Below, in pieces: positions 12,066-25,984 of a stretch of DNA of 64,000 nt. The stretch is taken from NCBI GenBank assembly GCA_964016885.1, contig CAXHJY010000935.1, positions 26,571 to 90,570 on the forward strand, given 5' to 3'. The DNA is from Eledone cirrhosa. Lineage: Eukaryota. Position numbers and translations under genes: made by a program. Position 1 is the stretch's first letter, and each line of letters starts with the position of its first letter. The notes under the pieces were generated by a model. The model saw nothing but the letters and a program-made list of their open reading frames with translations, was not told the origin of the DNA and did not search any database.

Positions 12066-13634
12066 GACAACATACATACATACATACAAGTACAATCCAT
12101 TCATGGAACAGTAAAAATATATAAGACATTCCAAAAATGTTGCATCTAATAACTGCATATACACATATATACACATGCACACATACAACTCAAAACATAC
12201 ACATCCACACAAACAATAACATCCATATCTACACATGCATACATACATACATATCTACCTAGTTGATGTTGTGTAAATTCCAATGAGAGAGTCTTGTGTC
12301 TATGTTAGAAACCGACTCTCTCTCTATTGGCAAAAATTTGTGAAATTATAGAACCAGAATAACATACATACATACAAATGTGCCAGTGTGTGTGTGAAAA
12401 ATAAGCGTTGTATCTTCTTATATGGCAGTCTTAACGCAATTAAAGAACATCTCGCTTATACGAGTACATCTTACTATTTGACCGAAATTTGGTAAACTGG
12501 TACAGGCTGACATTTAGGAATGTAGAACGATTATTATCCTTCTATAGGAATTCTTCAGTCAGTCGCTGCTGTCATTCTATGGAGAAACACTGTCTTTGAT
12601 AAACATCACAGTTAAAAAGTAAGTTAATTTAAATACATTATCCTTTTACGAAAAATAACTTGATCGATATGTTTTCAGTGTCCTAATAATCGTTATTATA
12701 ATATTAATATTGAAATAACAATTCTTTATCTTTTCTCTCTTTTTAAAAATAAAGTTCGTCTTTATTTCTACTTAAATAATTGTATAAATTTACAGTAGAA
12801 TAACATTGCAAATATGTTTTAAATATATACATAAATAATATTACAAATGCGTTTTTTTTTAAAAAGCTTATTGTAAAGTTTGGAAAGCTGCTATGACCAG
12901 GCTAGTGTTGTTGATTTTTTAAAAGTATTGTTAGAGTTAGTATCATTCCTTGTTTGAGATAAGAGGGTGCAAGTTAAGGGGAATTTGGCTGCTATTTCCA
13001 GGTGCTTGAGCGTTTGAACGCTCATTGACTGAATGCAGGGGCCTTGTTTCAGTGGGATACCACTTTTTCAAACATCTATATTTTATTTTTTGTTTATTTG
13101 ATATAATAAATTATTTTTAAGCTTATTTTTTTATATCTGAACTTCATTTGAATATATAAAATTTAATTAGCGTAAAATTTTACTTAGGTGATAGGGTCCA
13201 GGGAAGCACCATAAGCAATTTATGCTCCTTTAAGAATCAACAAATGTTGGTTTGTCCCCCTCACATTTTTAAGGCAAACGAGGCCCCTGACTGAATGTAT
13301 ATATAAAAATGAAAGTTTTATTCTAAATCAGTGGTTCCTAAAATTATTTTATCGCGGAACACTTTCAAAAGAAATCATTAAATCCATACCTATGTTTTAT
13401 AGACGATCGCTTCTGCCCTAATTTGAATAAATTGTTTATTTACAGAACATTTCGTAATATGATTCAATATACAATCCCAATTACACACACGCACACACTG
13501 GAATCGATAGATCATCAGAATCGGGCGCAATCGATACTAATTGTACCTTGAGTTGATCGATCAGGAAACACGCGTCACGCATGAATAAACATAATGATAA
13601 TATTTTGACACCTTGTTCCTACTGCTTAGATGTG

Positions 13635-15700
13635 AGCAGCCTTTCAACAGCACTTTGCTCAATTGTTCGAAAAGAGTGGCAGAACGAATCATTAGATGGA
13701 CTTCAGTACCTACCTCGATGGCTTGCCACGGCCAATGACGATGGAAGCGGAGTCCTGTGAAAGGCCGATAATAGCTGCTGAAATATGGGATACAATAACT
13801 AACTGCACAAGAGGTAAATCACCTGGTTTGGATGGTCTGCCCTACAAGCTTTACGTTCACATGCAACTGGTAGCAGAACGGGAAAAATCTCAGTTCTGTC
13901 AGCTAAGGAGTGGTAGCGCTGCTGAGAAAGGATCCAAACAAGGGGGACTACATAGAAAATTCCAGGCCCATAACTCTACTCTGCTATACACAGATTTCAA
14001 AATGTTGGTCAAAGTGTTAGCGACGAGGTTGGCGCTTGTCATTGGGAGTCTGATGGGAGAAGACCCGCGCCATTCCAGACAAATCCATCCACGACAACCT
14101 CCACCTCATGCGATACATCATAGAGAGGGTAGCTAAGGAACCTGGCACGAGTGGGGTCCTGATTAATTTGGATCAGTCGAAAGCATTTGATTGGCGGTCG
14201 TTTTCAGAAGTTGGATCGTTGCAATGCACAGAGATATCGGCTCTGTGGTGAGAGTGAACCTTTTAACATCATGCGCTCGGATCACCAAGGTTGTCCTCTT
14301 TCATTCCTGTTGTATGTATTGACTCTAGAACCATTATTGCACAAACTGGAGATGTTGAGGGGCATGCCGCGGGACCTAGGATGCGGAAGGACCATGTCAG
14401 CTTAAGCCGACGACGTCACCGTAGTGGTGTCGAGCGCCAAACACATCGAAGCGATCGGCACTGCTCTGAGAAAATACGAGGCGATAACAGGAGAAAAATT
14501 TAACCAGGAACAATGGGTGGACCTGCGGCTGGGCACCTGGAGAAACAGGTGCATGCCGTCCAACAGCGTCGTCGGCTACTGAACAAACGGGCAGGTTAAA
14601 TTGCTAGGGGTCTGGTTCGGTCCGGACCTCCAGATGGACAAAAACTGGGACGAGGTGACGAGCAGGGTGGCCTCTCTCACCCAAAAATGGGCCGAGAGGA
14701 AGCTATCTCTGAAAGGTCAAGCGGAGGTAGCGAACATGTACATCGCGTCCGTCATCTACTACCACCTGACCGTCGTGCCTTGTCCTAAGCCTCGCCTGAC
14801 AGCGCTGGAGCGTTTGCTCTTTCGCTTTTTGCGAAAAGGACGCGCTCCAATGGTCAGGTGGTTCATCTGCTGTCAACGCCCGCTATGTGGAGGACTGGGC
14901 ATGCCGTGGCTGATGATGCGCAGACATGCGCCCAGGCTACGGCATCTTCACTTCTTTCTCGGCGGTGAACAGGTATGGTCGCCGTTTGCTAGACACGTTT
15001 TTCCCCAGCTCGTCTCCTTGACGGAATTGCCGTCCTGGGTCAAGCGAAGACCGAGAGGAAGCGCTTAGGGCTGGAATGTCCTCAGGCGCTCACAGCTTTC
15101 GACCAGTCGGGCGATGCGATCGGTGGAAACTCCACCTTGGCGTTCTATATAGGGTTAATGGCGGGAAAGAACGACGACGTCCTTGGGGAGTCTCTGGGCG
15201 TCGACGAAAATCAACTAGCCAATCTCTTCGAGAGAACTTTAGGGTCGGGGCTATGGACAACTTCCAGAAATCCCTGGCCTGGCAGTGCTACCAGGAAGCT
15301 TTGCCAGTTCGGGATAAACTCTACAAGCATGGAAGTGCCGTCAGCTGGACCTGCGCGCAGGGCAACGAAACCGTCCTGCATGCACTCGCCCAGTGTCCGA
15401 GCATTTCTGACTTGTGGGTTTATGTCGAACACCTGCTGTCGCGTATAGGACAGATCAACTATCAGCTGAGTCCTTCGGGAGGATTTCCCCGGCGCCTTTC
15501 TTTAGCCGGGAAGGGCAGGCAGTTTTTATCTGCCTGGTGGCCATGGCGAAAGTAGTCGTGTGATGGATGCGTTTGAAAGGACTGAAGACGAGCACTTACC
15601 TCTTCGGTGATACCCTGATTAACTTTTTCAAATTCCATTTGAAAAGGAAAATCATGATGGAGAGGGAAGTGCTCCCTTCCCAGCAATTTGTTGAAAGATG
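13635..15700 (+). mobile_element. L1/Tx1-like LINE, degraded ORF2
   Basis: GKSPGLDGLP, QGCPLS.LLYVL, ADD, LGVWFGP, W..RKLSLKG, GGLGMP, ETVLHAL..CP zinc knuckle. Confidence 0.9.
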
Positions 15701-16270
15701 TGTTTATAATCTTTATTAAATTTCATTTAAAAAACACCTTATCTCGCGAAACTATGGGATCCCTCGGAACCTAGTTTAGGAAACATCCTCATAACATTTA
15801 CTTAAACCGTGTATATAATTGTTTCTACATTTGACATAAGGCCCGCAATTACCCCAGTCCATTACTGGTACTTTGTGTTACCGACCCTGTAAGGATGAAA
15901 GGCAAAGTTAACCTCGGCGGGATTTGAACTCAGATCGTAAAGGGCCATAACTCTATACTGTAAAGCATGGCGTCCGACCCTCTACCGATACTGCCAATCC
16001 ACAGAGTATGTAGGGTACAATTTTTATTTCATTTTCTGTTTTTCTCTTATCGTTATTATCATTAATCGAACTTTATTCATCACTTAAACTAGATATAGAA
16101 CTATTTGTTTTCATTGATTACACACTACTACACAGTCAACTGAAATATCTTCATATTTTTTTCTATTATATCTTTCTCTATTGTAACTCCATGGTATTAA
16201 TTCTAAACGTGTTTTGTTTTTAGAGAAGAATTAAGGCGTTTTCAACATCATCATATCTAGATATTACACA

Positions 16271-16350
16271 ATGTCACAATGGACCATTCCTATAGGGGTT
16301 GGTATACTCACTGTTTCAGGGCTTCTTTTTGCTCTTTTCCGATGCAAAAG
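16271..16350 (+). CDS. FAXC-like paralog B, coding exon 1 (N-terminal hydrophobic anchor)
   Basis: Acceptor AG 16222-16223, ATG 16271, MSQWTIPIGVGILTVSGLLFALFRCK(R), GT donor 16351, phase 2. Homologous to 55956-56038. Confidence 0.85.
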
Positions 16351-18461
16351 GTAAATCTTTAAATCATTTTAACCATTAAATTTGTTTTTGCTTTATAGTT
16401 GTCCTAAAAATGATTTTAACCAAATGAATGCAAAAGAAACAAACCTTATTTAGTAAGAAAAAAAAAGGGAGGGGAGGGGGGGCATAAGGAAAGAAAGAAT
16501 AGGGAAATATAGAAAAGAAAAAAAAAGAGAGTAAGAAAGAAAAAAAGGAATGGGAAAGGGAGGAGATGGCAAGAGCTCTGGTGTCGCAGAAGAGAGGGTG
16601 GGAGGGTGATAGGGCTTTGGGCCTAGGGCAAGGGGGCAGGAGTGCTGCGCCCCGCTGACAAGACAGCAAAGGCATTACCCCGGACGATGGCCAGTAACAC
16701 CCGCTGCAACAGCCACCCAACCTCGCGGGGCTCCCTCCTCAGATGGGCCACCGACGCTCCGATCTTGCAGAGGAGCTCTCTTTTATGAGTCTATATTTGT
16801 GTTTATCAATGTCACGATCTGAGTTCAAATCCCGCCGAAGTTGACTTTGCCTTTCATCCTTACGGGGTCGATAAAATAAAGTACCAGTAATGCACTGGGT
16901 AATTGCTGGCCTTGTGCCTAAAGTAGAAACAATTATATTTGTAATATTCTTCTGAACGAATTACGAGCAATTTATGTTATTCACGCATTTGTAAAACATT
17001 AAAAACTCAAGGTTAATCAGCTGTAATGTGAAAGTTCAAATTACAAGATGTGTCCTGTCTGTGTCCTAGTTTAATTGACAGGAGTGATAATACTGACATA
17101 TTTTAATACTAGAGTATAATTTTTTTTTTGTTGTTACATACAGAATAAATAATTTATTAATAATAAAAATCAAAAAAATCATTAAAAAATCGATTTCTAA
17201 TAACAACACTACAGATATTTAAAAATGGAAAATGAAGGGAGAAGCAAGGGCTCTGGGGTCACAGAAGAATGGGAGGGTGGTGGGGAGGGTGATGGGCTCT
17301 ATGTCTAGGGCGCGGCAGTGTTGGTGCTGCGCCCTGCCAACGTCATCCTTTTCACAACCAAGAATCTCTTTTACTCAAACGAATCTTCTTACGGAGGCAG
17401 TCTCAGACACAATTACACCCCTCCTAGATTGTTATGGATTGAGAATAACAATCAATAGAACTAAATGCCTATACTTAGAGAAGAATGGTAAAATATCTAT
17501 ATTATGTATTTAAGAAAGAACTTGTAATTGTTATATGGTAGGAATAACAATGAAAAAGAGAAATATTTATACTTAGAGATGAAGGAATGATGCCTAATAG
17601 CGTGTGTCGATAATGCGTTTAACAAATAAAAGGGTAAATTTTTATTAGTACTCCTGTCTCGGGTTAGGGTACAACATTTTTTCCTCTCCTTTTTTGAGGG
17701 GTATGTTTTCCACGAATCTGACCTCCAAACCCTTCGAAAATGTCTTGTTTTTCAAATATAGGAGGGGGAAGGAGAGAGCGAACTTCGGAGTTTCAAACCT
17801 TTAGGGGATTTCCTTACAATTACGTCTGTCTCGCGGTTGTTAGCTAAGTGGACTGAAATAAAGTGCCATTGCACAAGGACACAATGCGTTGTCAGGGCTC
17901 GAACTTATAGAGTACGATCGTGAATCGAACACCTTAACCACAAAGGCATGGACGTTTGTGGTTCGAGATATATAATATATCAAAATAAGATTGGGTGATC
18001 ACTACTGGAACAGCCTTTCGTCATAGGTCTACTGGTTCAAGTTTGAGCGGGGCTAATCAACTACAAGGTATTTAAGACGAGTTAATGAAGAGGAGCCTCT
18101 TCACGCTCGCTCGACCTGCTAGAAATAACAGCTAAATTCCTCTCAATCCACACCTTGGCAATGTTTCGAAATAAGCCCCCCCCCCCCCCCCCCGAAATTA
18201 TGATTTTAAATTTTTGCAACCCTCTCTCTCAGTAACTTTTGAATGTTGGCGTTTGTGTGACACAGTGCCGGATTTAGGACAAATGTGAACCTATGCTAGT
18301 TAAGTTATGAAGCCCCTTACATTTGAAAAATTCATCGTAAAATTTGGGTGGATGGGTGGGGGCAGGAAGATGGGCTTCCCTGGCCAACAGGCCCTTGTGC
18401 TTAAGCACACCTAAACACAATAGTGAATTAGGCACTGGTGCGGGAATATTATACTTTAAAC

Positions 18462-18777
18462 CAGAGGCGTGCAACAGGTGGCCCGCGAGCCACAATCCGG
18501 CCCGCCCGCCAGACAGTGGCCCGCAATGACCGTTTTTAATTTTTACCTTGTAGACTTATTAAACATTTTTTTCGTAACCGTAATACAATTTTCTGTTAGC
18601 TAACCTACACTAAAGGGCTTCACTGATAGGGTTATGTGTGTTATAATTTCCCAGTTCCATGTTATGGAAAGACGTTGTGGTGAATCTTTGGAACAGTGCT
18701 TTACAAATATTAATGGCCCTAATAGTTGTCCCAATGTTCAAAAGTGGCTCGCTAATGGAATATGTTGCACACCCCTG
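18462..18777. mobile_element. hAT-type MITE
   Basis: Imperfect TIR CAGAGGCGTGCAACA / TGTTGCACACCCCTG, perfect 8-bp TSD CTTTAAAC. Confidence 0.85.
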
Positions 18778-19771
18778 CTTTAAACAGATGTGATAACGAT
18801 TTTGCAAGAAAAATTTTTTTTTCGAAACTTCAAACCAGACACAGCCTGCCGTCACTTTAGACTGTGGAACCCTTGCAGCTTTAACACTTTTTGCTAATTA
18901 AATTTCTCATGCCAGGATTTTTTTTTTTTTTTTTTTCGAAGTATCGTAACCTACTATGCTTGCTAAAAAATAAAAAAAAGCCAAACTGAAAAAGTTACAC
19001 AAAATGTTTTTAAAAGTGAATTTTATTTTATAGTTTCCTTATTTCCTATGTTTAAAATATAGAAATCAGAAGAATTGTTTGAAAAAATAAATGTTATGAG
19101 AGATGCTGCTTATTCCAAAATCCATCTCCTACCGTCTTAAAAAACAAAAAAAAAGCAAAAAAGCACATTAGATAATGTAGTCCAGGCAGGATACACTGTG
19201 TCTGGAAAACAAAAATGGAATACCTTTTGATTTGAGGTGTGTTTCAGCAGAACTGACTTTGGACAGTAACAGTATAGTCAGTTGGGAAGTATTTGGTGAT
19301 TGGGGGGGGCATTTTGAACCTATTTAATCAACTTTACCAATCTACCTAATTTGAGACTTTGTGCATGTTAAACATTAATATTTTGCTGACAAATTTTAGT
19401 GAGGGTAGTGGATTGACAGGATTGCTAGAGGTGTCGGATAAAGTGCCTGGCTCTTAACATTCTCAGTTCAAATCCTACTGAGATCAACTTTACCTTTCAT
19501 CCTTCTGGAGTTGCTAAAATATAGAACCAGTCAAGTAGTGGAGTTGATTTAATTAACTTTGCCCTTCCCCAAATTTGCTGGCCGTGTGCTTAAATTAGAA
19601 ATCAATATTTTTTGACAACTAATTGTAGCACAATATTAGAGTGTCATTAAGTGTCTACATTCTTTACTTTTGTGTTCTATTTTCTAAGTTCTAATTTCAT
19701 TAGAGTCAGTTTTACTGTTCCTTCACTCAGAGCCCATTCATATTTTAATGACTGTTTTCAATTATTTAAAG

Positions 19772-19898
19772 GAAGAAAATTTATCCTGAAAATATGATCA
19801 TACTTCATTTGTTACCAAGGATGCCAGAAGCTCCAAATATTTCTCCTTTTGCTATAAAACTGGAGACTTACCTCCGGATGGCCAAGTTACCTTATCAG
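19772..19898 (+). CDS. FAXC-like paralog B, coding exon 2
   Basis: AG/GT-bounded, 127 nt. KKIYPENMIILHLLPRMPEAPNISPFAIKLETYLRMAKLPYQ contains the FAX/metaxin hallmark SPF..KLETYLRM..LPY. Confidence 0.95.
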
Positions 19899-20089
19899 GT
19901 GAGATTTCATTAAATATGTGTTCCATCTAAGTTATGGTCCTCTGTTCTCATTTCATGATAAATCAAGACCATTCTATGCAGAGCTTGTCTATAATAGTAT
20001 TCAGAACAGTAGACTGCTGCCTTTGTGTATCTGTAAAGCTTGAGATGCTTAGATTCTCTGATCTTTAAAAAAAAAATAATGAAAATAAG

Positions 20090-21112
20090 ATAATGAAATT
20101 ATTGTGTAGAGTGCTCAGGTGCACTACAACTCGTCAAAGGTGCATGTATAATACATAGAATAATGTAGAAATGTCAGGAAAGTGAACAGTGTATGAGTCA
20201 TCATATACATGTGTGCGTGAGTATGGAGGGGGGATTTCAGGTGTAGTGTTGGCAAATTTCAGGAAGCGTGGAAGTTTTAAAGGGTGCAGTGTCTCAGCAG
20301 CTAACAACTGATGCAAGTAGTTTGTTCCATGCTTCAGCAACTCTGAGCATGAAAAAATGTTTCCAAAAGTCATGGGAGCTGTGCTGTTTTCTGATGGTGT
20401 GGGCATGCCCATATGTGTTAGACACATGGAATTCAAAAAGGTGCTCTGGGTTGTTATTGGCAAGATGTTTAATAATTTTGTGGGTGTTTAACAAGTCAGT
20501 TGCCAGATGTCGGAGCTTCAATGTATCCATGCCCAGGGAAGCAAGGTGTTCAGAGTGTGGTAGATGCCTGATGGAGGGTATTTGCTTGGTTCCACATCTC
20601 TGAACAGTTTCCAGGAGGTCAATGTTCTGAGCAAGATAGGGGTTCCTGACTAGTGATGCAAATTCGAAGTGTGGCCACACCATAGCTATATACAGTTTTA
20701 AAAAGATAGCTGGAGAGCAGCTGACAAAGTTCTTGCTGAGTGATGCTAAAACACCATCGGCCTTTTTGACAACTTTAGAGACGTGCTTTGTCCAATGCAA
20801 ATCGCTGCTGACAGTAATACCCAGGTCACATTCACAAGAAGACTTCTTGATATTAGTGTTGTGGGGGGAGAGTATGTGGATGCTGGGTTTTCCTCCCAAA
20901 ATGCATGGTGGTACACTTGTTCACAGCCAGCTTGAGTTGCCAGTCCATGATCCATTGCTGCATTGTATTCAGGTCTGATTGCAGGAAAGATCTATAGTGT
21001 TCAGGATCTGTCCTTTTAATCTCAAGGTACAGCTTGATGTCAACTGCATATTTCTGTACTGTGGCATTCTTTAAGTTGGCATCTGTGTCATTTATATATG
21101 CAACAAACAAAA
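20090..21112 (-). mobile_element. CR1-clade LINE 3' fragment (further 3' ends at 47125-47497 + and 56550-56655 -)
   Basis: FVAYIND, WQLKLAVNKC, DLGITVSSDL.W..H, LETVQR, FF.LRV.EAWN.L. Confidence 0.9.
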
Positions 21113-21164
21113 GGGGATGAAGAACATATAGCTATGTACTTACTCTGTTGCTTCTGCTTTTTAA

Positions 21165-21385
21165 CCCTTTAGTATTTACATTACTTTATATTTACTATTG
21201 TATTTTCAAGGTAAAGGCTTTACCTCACATAACTATCTCACATAATATCGAATCTACGAGATTTTGATGTTATTTATTTTGAAAACAATACCTTAACATC
21301 TGCATGAGTGGTTGGTTACAGCTGGTTTGAACAGAAAGAGGTGAGAGAATTCTGGCCGGATATAACCGGTTTAAATGCTAAAGGG
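21165..21385. mobile_element. piggyBac-type MITE (other copies at 37227-37419 and 54985-55199)
   Basis: TTAA|CCCTTTAG...CTAAAGGG|TTAA termini and shared internal sequence. Confidence 0.85.
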
Positions 21386-22690
21386 TTAAGAAGTACAGTC
21401 TTCAAAAGATCCATAACTGAAAGAGAAATCTGCCATTATTGAATTCGATAGACAACCATAAGCATGCATGTAGAATAGCAGATATATTAGTAGTTCTTGA
21501 CTAAAACTTTATTGAGGGTAAGAAGATTGATGACTACTGCAATATTTTCTGAAAATGTATCCTGGTTTTTTGGATGAATATTTGCCAATGCTCTATTTGT
21601 GTATGGTTTCTATGAGAGATTGTTTTTAATGAACCTATTTCTGAATACTTACAAATATTTAAGTGTTGTGCTTGTTTTGCAAATGATATGATATGAGACT
21701 GTGTTGAAACTGAAGCAATTAAAAAATGCAAAACCTGTTACATTCACTATCAAAAATATTTGTTGCACTTTCTGTGATCTAGCACATTTGTTGCACTTTG
21801 TGAGACAATTCTACTAACCAGGTTGCAGATCGTAAAAGGAAAGTTTTAGACACCATGAAATAAATGAAAAGTGAATAGAACAGATTTTGTATGTTTTTAT
21901 TTTTAAATTCCTAAAATGGCTCTTTCATCATGTAATTGCAACAAATATTTAAATTTTCAGATATTTTATCATGGTTTGTTCCCTTCAGAAACCTCTTTGG
22001 GGTCTTGGGATATGTAATCTTTGTGCATCCATTCCACACCTTCCTGGACAGGTTGCAGGCTCATCAACAGTTTTTACGGCATGAAATGGAAACTGTAATA
22101 TATTGTTTTAACAAGCCCCTGCTAAAGTCTGAACATGTCCCTTGTTAATCCATGTGAAGGACAATGCAGTATAATTCTGTTTCTTACCTCTCACCATATT
22201 GCAGTTTTGGTGGTCCTATTCATGACAGTCACCAATCTGATACTTCCTCAAACCTGTGAAGACTAAGTTTTTTTAGAGGTGGGCTTTACCTACCTCATCA
22301 TATCTACAACACTGTTTTGTGGGAGGTACAGGAGTTTTCCTGAGACATTCTAACCACATGCCCAAAGTATTGGTGCCAAATTGAGAGATCACAGCTCTGA
22401 TACTATGGGCATGTGGTTAGAGTATCCCAGGAAAGAATTACTGGATATATTTTACAGGCAAAACCAACTGGTAGCAAACCCAGGAGATAGGCCATGAGCA
22501 AGATGGTTGGATAACATCCATGAGCTCAGCCAGATCAGTTGGAAACAGTTGTTTCTGACAGGAGCTGCTGGAAGGAGTGTTTGAGGACTCTGCCTCCATG
22601 ACCCTCTCAGGAATAAGTGAGGAAAGAAGATATTTTGAATACATAGTTATATATGAAATTTAATGTCATATATATGTTATACATTTCCAG

Positions 22691-22887
22691 ATTGAATATA
22701 CATATCAAATGTCACCAAAACATAAAATGCCATGGATTACTTACAATGGAGAAGTTGTCAGTGATTCCCAGTTTATTATTGAGTTTCTAAATAAGATATT
22801 TGAAGTTGATCTAAACAGTCATCTCACTGGTGTAGAACGAAGTATTGCTAGAGCTATGCAGAAAATGCTTGAAGAGAATTTATTTTG
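22691..22887 (+). CDS. FAXC-like paralog B, coding exon 3
   Basis: AG/GT-bounded, 197 nt. IEYTYQMSPKHKMPWITYNGEVVSDSQFIIEFLNKIFEVDLNSHLTGVERSIARAMQKMLEENLF(W) carries the GST N-domain K.PWI..NG...DS motif. Confidence 0.95.
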
Positions 22888-23599
22888 GTAAATTAAAACT
22901 TTTTCAATGATTATTCTTTTTAAAAATTGTATGATATCTGGCTATCAACATATCAATCATTTTTAAAAAATTTATTTTCTGGCTTAATCATGAGAGAATT
23001 TGATGATCCCTGGTGTAAATCTTGGCTCCCTGGCAGTTCTGACGACAAGTGTTCTAGTAGTTTGACCAATGGAACACCTTGTCAAAGCAATTAATGTGCA
23101 AGTGGCTGTGCATTCCACAGAGCTACAGTATGATGTAAGATGTGACAAGGCTGGCTCTTTGAATCACAAATATGTCTTATTGTTTCCAGCTGAATGGACT
23201 GGTGGAATATGAAATAAAGGGTCTTGCTCAAGGACATGACACACAGCCAGTAATCAAGTTCATGTTTAAGAACATGAGCTGAACACCCCAATCATTAAGC
23301 CACACACTTTCCTCCTCCTCCCCCTCCTCCTCCTCCTCCTCCTCCTCCTCCTCATCTACCTTCTCCTCCTCCTCCTCCTTTTTGAGAGGGTCACAGGGAG
23401 AGAGTCCTTAGATACACCTTCAAGGGGATCATATCGGAAACAACTATTACCAAATGATCCAGCTGGATCCCCAAGCGAGACCAACTGAAGATGCCCATGG
23501 TAACATACTGTGGCACCATGGAAATCTTCTATTATAACCTTGAGTTGACCAATACCCTGAGAGTGAAATTTGGTACATGGACACTGCAGAAGTCCGTCA

Positions 23600-23790
23600 T
23601 GTGTGTGTGTCTGTGTCTGTGTGTCTGTGTCTGTGTGTCTGTGTCTGTGTGTCTGTGTCTGTGTGTCTGTGTCTGTGTGTCTGTGTCTGTGTGTCTGTGT
23701 CTGTGTGTCTGTGTCTGTGTGTCTGTGTCTGTGTGTCTGTGTCTGTGTGTCTGTGTCTGTGTGTCTGTGTCTGTGTGTCTGTGTCTGTGT
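23600..23790. repeat. GT/GTCT-rich compound microsatellite
   Basis: Read directly from the sequence. Confidence 0.95.
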
Positions 23791-24031
23791 TTATCTCCCA
23801 TAACTTAACAGATTGATAAAATAATTGCTTGGCTTGAAAACATAGGTCCTGGGATTGATATGATCAACTGAAAACCCTTTAAACCAGTGCCCCAACATGG
23901 TCACTAAGAAATTCACATTTGCTGTCATGTTTACATGCCTACATATTAAATATGTGTATATTCATATACATATTCGTGCAGTCTCAGTTACCCAATTTGT
24001 TTGTACACAGATATAATTATATATATATGTA

Positions 24032-24131
<100 letters not shown>

Positions 24132-24391
24132 CCCATGCTAGCGTGGAAGATAGACGTTAAATGATGATGATGATGATGATGATATATATATATATGTTTA
24201 TATGTTTATCCCAGGTTCAATGGGAGGTAACCACAGTAAGTAAGGTATTCAATACATAGCAGAGTATAAATATTTAATATAGAAATGGCTTCTACAGGAC
24301 TAGAACTGTTTCATTCGGGAGAAATCATCAAGAAAGCGCTTTCCTGATGATTTCTCCCGAATGAAACAGTTCTAGTCCTGTAGAAGCCATT

Positions 24392-24424
<33 letters not shown>

Positions 24425-24669
24425 AAGTAAACAGAAATAACAAAGCAAACAACACACTACTATGAAGAAGTATATTAGTTTAACGCTTGAAATAATAGGA
24501 AAATAGTCTTAATGTTTCAGACACTAGTTCATCATAAGAAGATAGAATAAAAAATAAAAGATGAAATAAAAAGAGAGAGAAAGAGACAGAATGAGAGAGT
24601 GAGAAAAGAAAGGAATGGAAAAAATTGGGAAAAAAACACATGTGCATATTCAGTCAGTCATTTTATATA

Positions 24670-24714
<45 letters not shown>

Positions 24715-24870
24715 TTGTTTACAAATTACCTGCAATATGTAGTACTGTCTATTTCATTTAATGATAAGCTGATGAAATTTACAATAGTACAAAAACTTTT
24801 TTTTTTATTGAAACAGGAATTAATTTAATTTTATTAATTTTTCCAACTTTTTCACCATTATTTCTTAAAG

Positions 24871-25070
24871 GTGTTTGGCACTCTGTCGGTTTATTTATTG
24901 CTATTCTGATCCTTCTCTTCGTAAATTACTTCCTGTTCCAAGAATTATCCTTTGGAGAATAAAAAGAGTGGTTCAGGAACAAGCTTATAACCAAGGTGTT
25001 GGTCGACATTCTCAATCAGAAGTGGAACATATTGCAATGGGAGATTTAAAGGCTCTCTCAGACTTTATTG
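24871..25070 (+). CDS. FAXC-like paralog B, coding exon 4
   Basis: AG/GTAAGT-bounded, 200 nt. CLALCRF...QGVGRHSQSEVEHIAMGDLKALSDFI(G) carries the FAX G.GRHS..E......DL.ALS motif. Confidence 0.95.
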
Positions 25071-25984
25071 GTAAGTAATTAGATAAATATATAATTAAGT
25101 TAGAACATTAGCAGACCTGTCAACTCTCCCCATCCAACGGGGTAGATCTCCCACCCACTTTGGGGTGGGTGAGAGATGTCTTCTCTTGTGAAAATGGGTA
25201 TAGCTTTCATTATATAAAAGGGCAGTGAATTGGCAGTATCAGTAGAGGGTTGGACGCCATGCTTTCTAGCATAGTTACGTCCCTTTACATTCTGAGTTCA
25301 AATCCCGCCGAGGTTAACTTTGCCTTTCATCCTTACGGGGTCGATAAAATAAAGTACCAGTAATGTACTGGGTAATTGCTAGCCTTGTGCCTAAAGTAGA
25401 AACAATTATATAAAATCTCCCCATTTTGCCTCATTTCTCCCCATTTTGGGAGCATTTTTTTCATGATACTCCCCGTTTGGGTTTTTAGAGGTTGTCATTA
25501 AACAAAATACCTCATGGTAGATATTCTAGCTCCATGTGACCTGTTTTTAAATTCAGTTAAGCTCAATTTTGCCTTTCATTCTTCTGAGATGAAAATGTGT
25601 GATAGTTGTTTATGAATGTCAAGTTCTTCCTTGGAGAAGAATGCACCAATCAACCTAAGTTAGTTACTAGTGTTATAAGAATAAACACAAGGCAGAACAA
25701 AATATATAGGAGAATCTGGAGATGGAGAGTATGGAAGCTACAGGACATCTCTTTAAATAAGATCCCAGTCAAGGATGGTGGACTGGAAGAAGTCTTCCAT
25801 TTGTTTACTGTCTAATTTTAAATCCTGTTGTGGTGTACTTGGGTGGCAGGCTTAACTAATCACCTAGTTTAGATTCTTTGTTTCTGATGATTTTATTGAT
25901 CCTCCTATTCAATGTTTCATACTTATATATATCTTCTATTAAGTTTACAACTTTAATAGATTATTGACATTGTTGTCATACTGT

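Noticed and set aside
12450-12624. Putative non-coding first exon of paralog B (and 39750-39911 for paralog C)
   Set aside because: Coding exon 1 has an acceptor, so an upstream exon probably exists, but a GTAAGT alone cannot fix its position without transcript data.
23491-23816. Cys/Val-rich and His/Thr-rich ORFs
   Set aside because: Translations of the GT/GTCT microsatellite.
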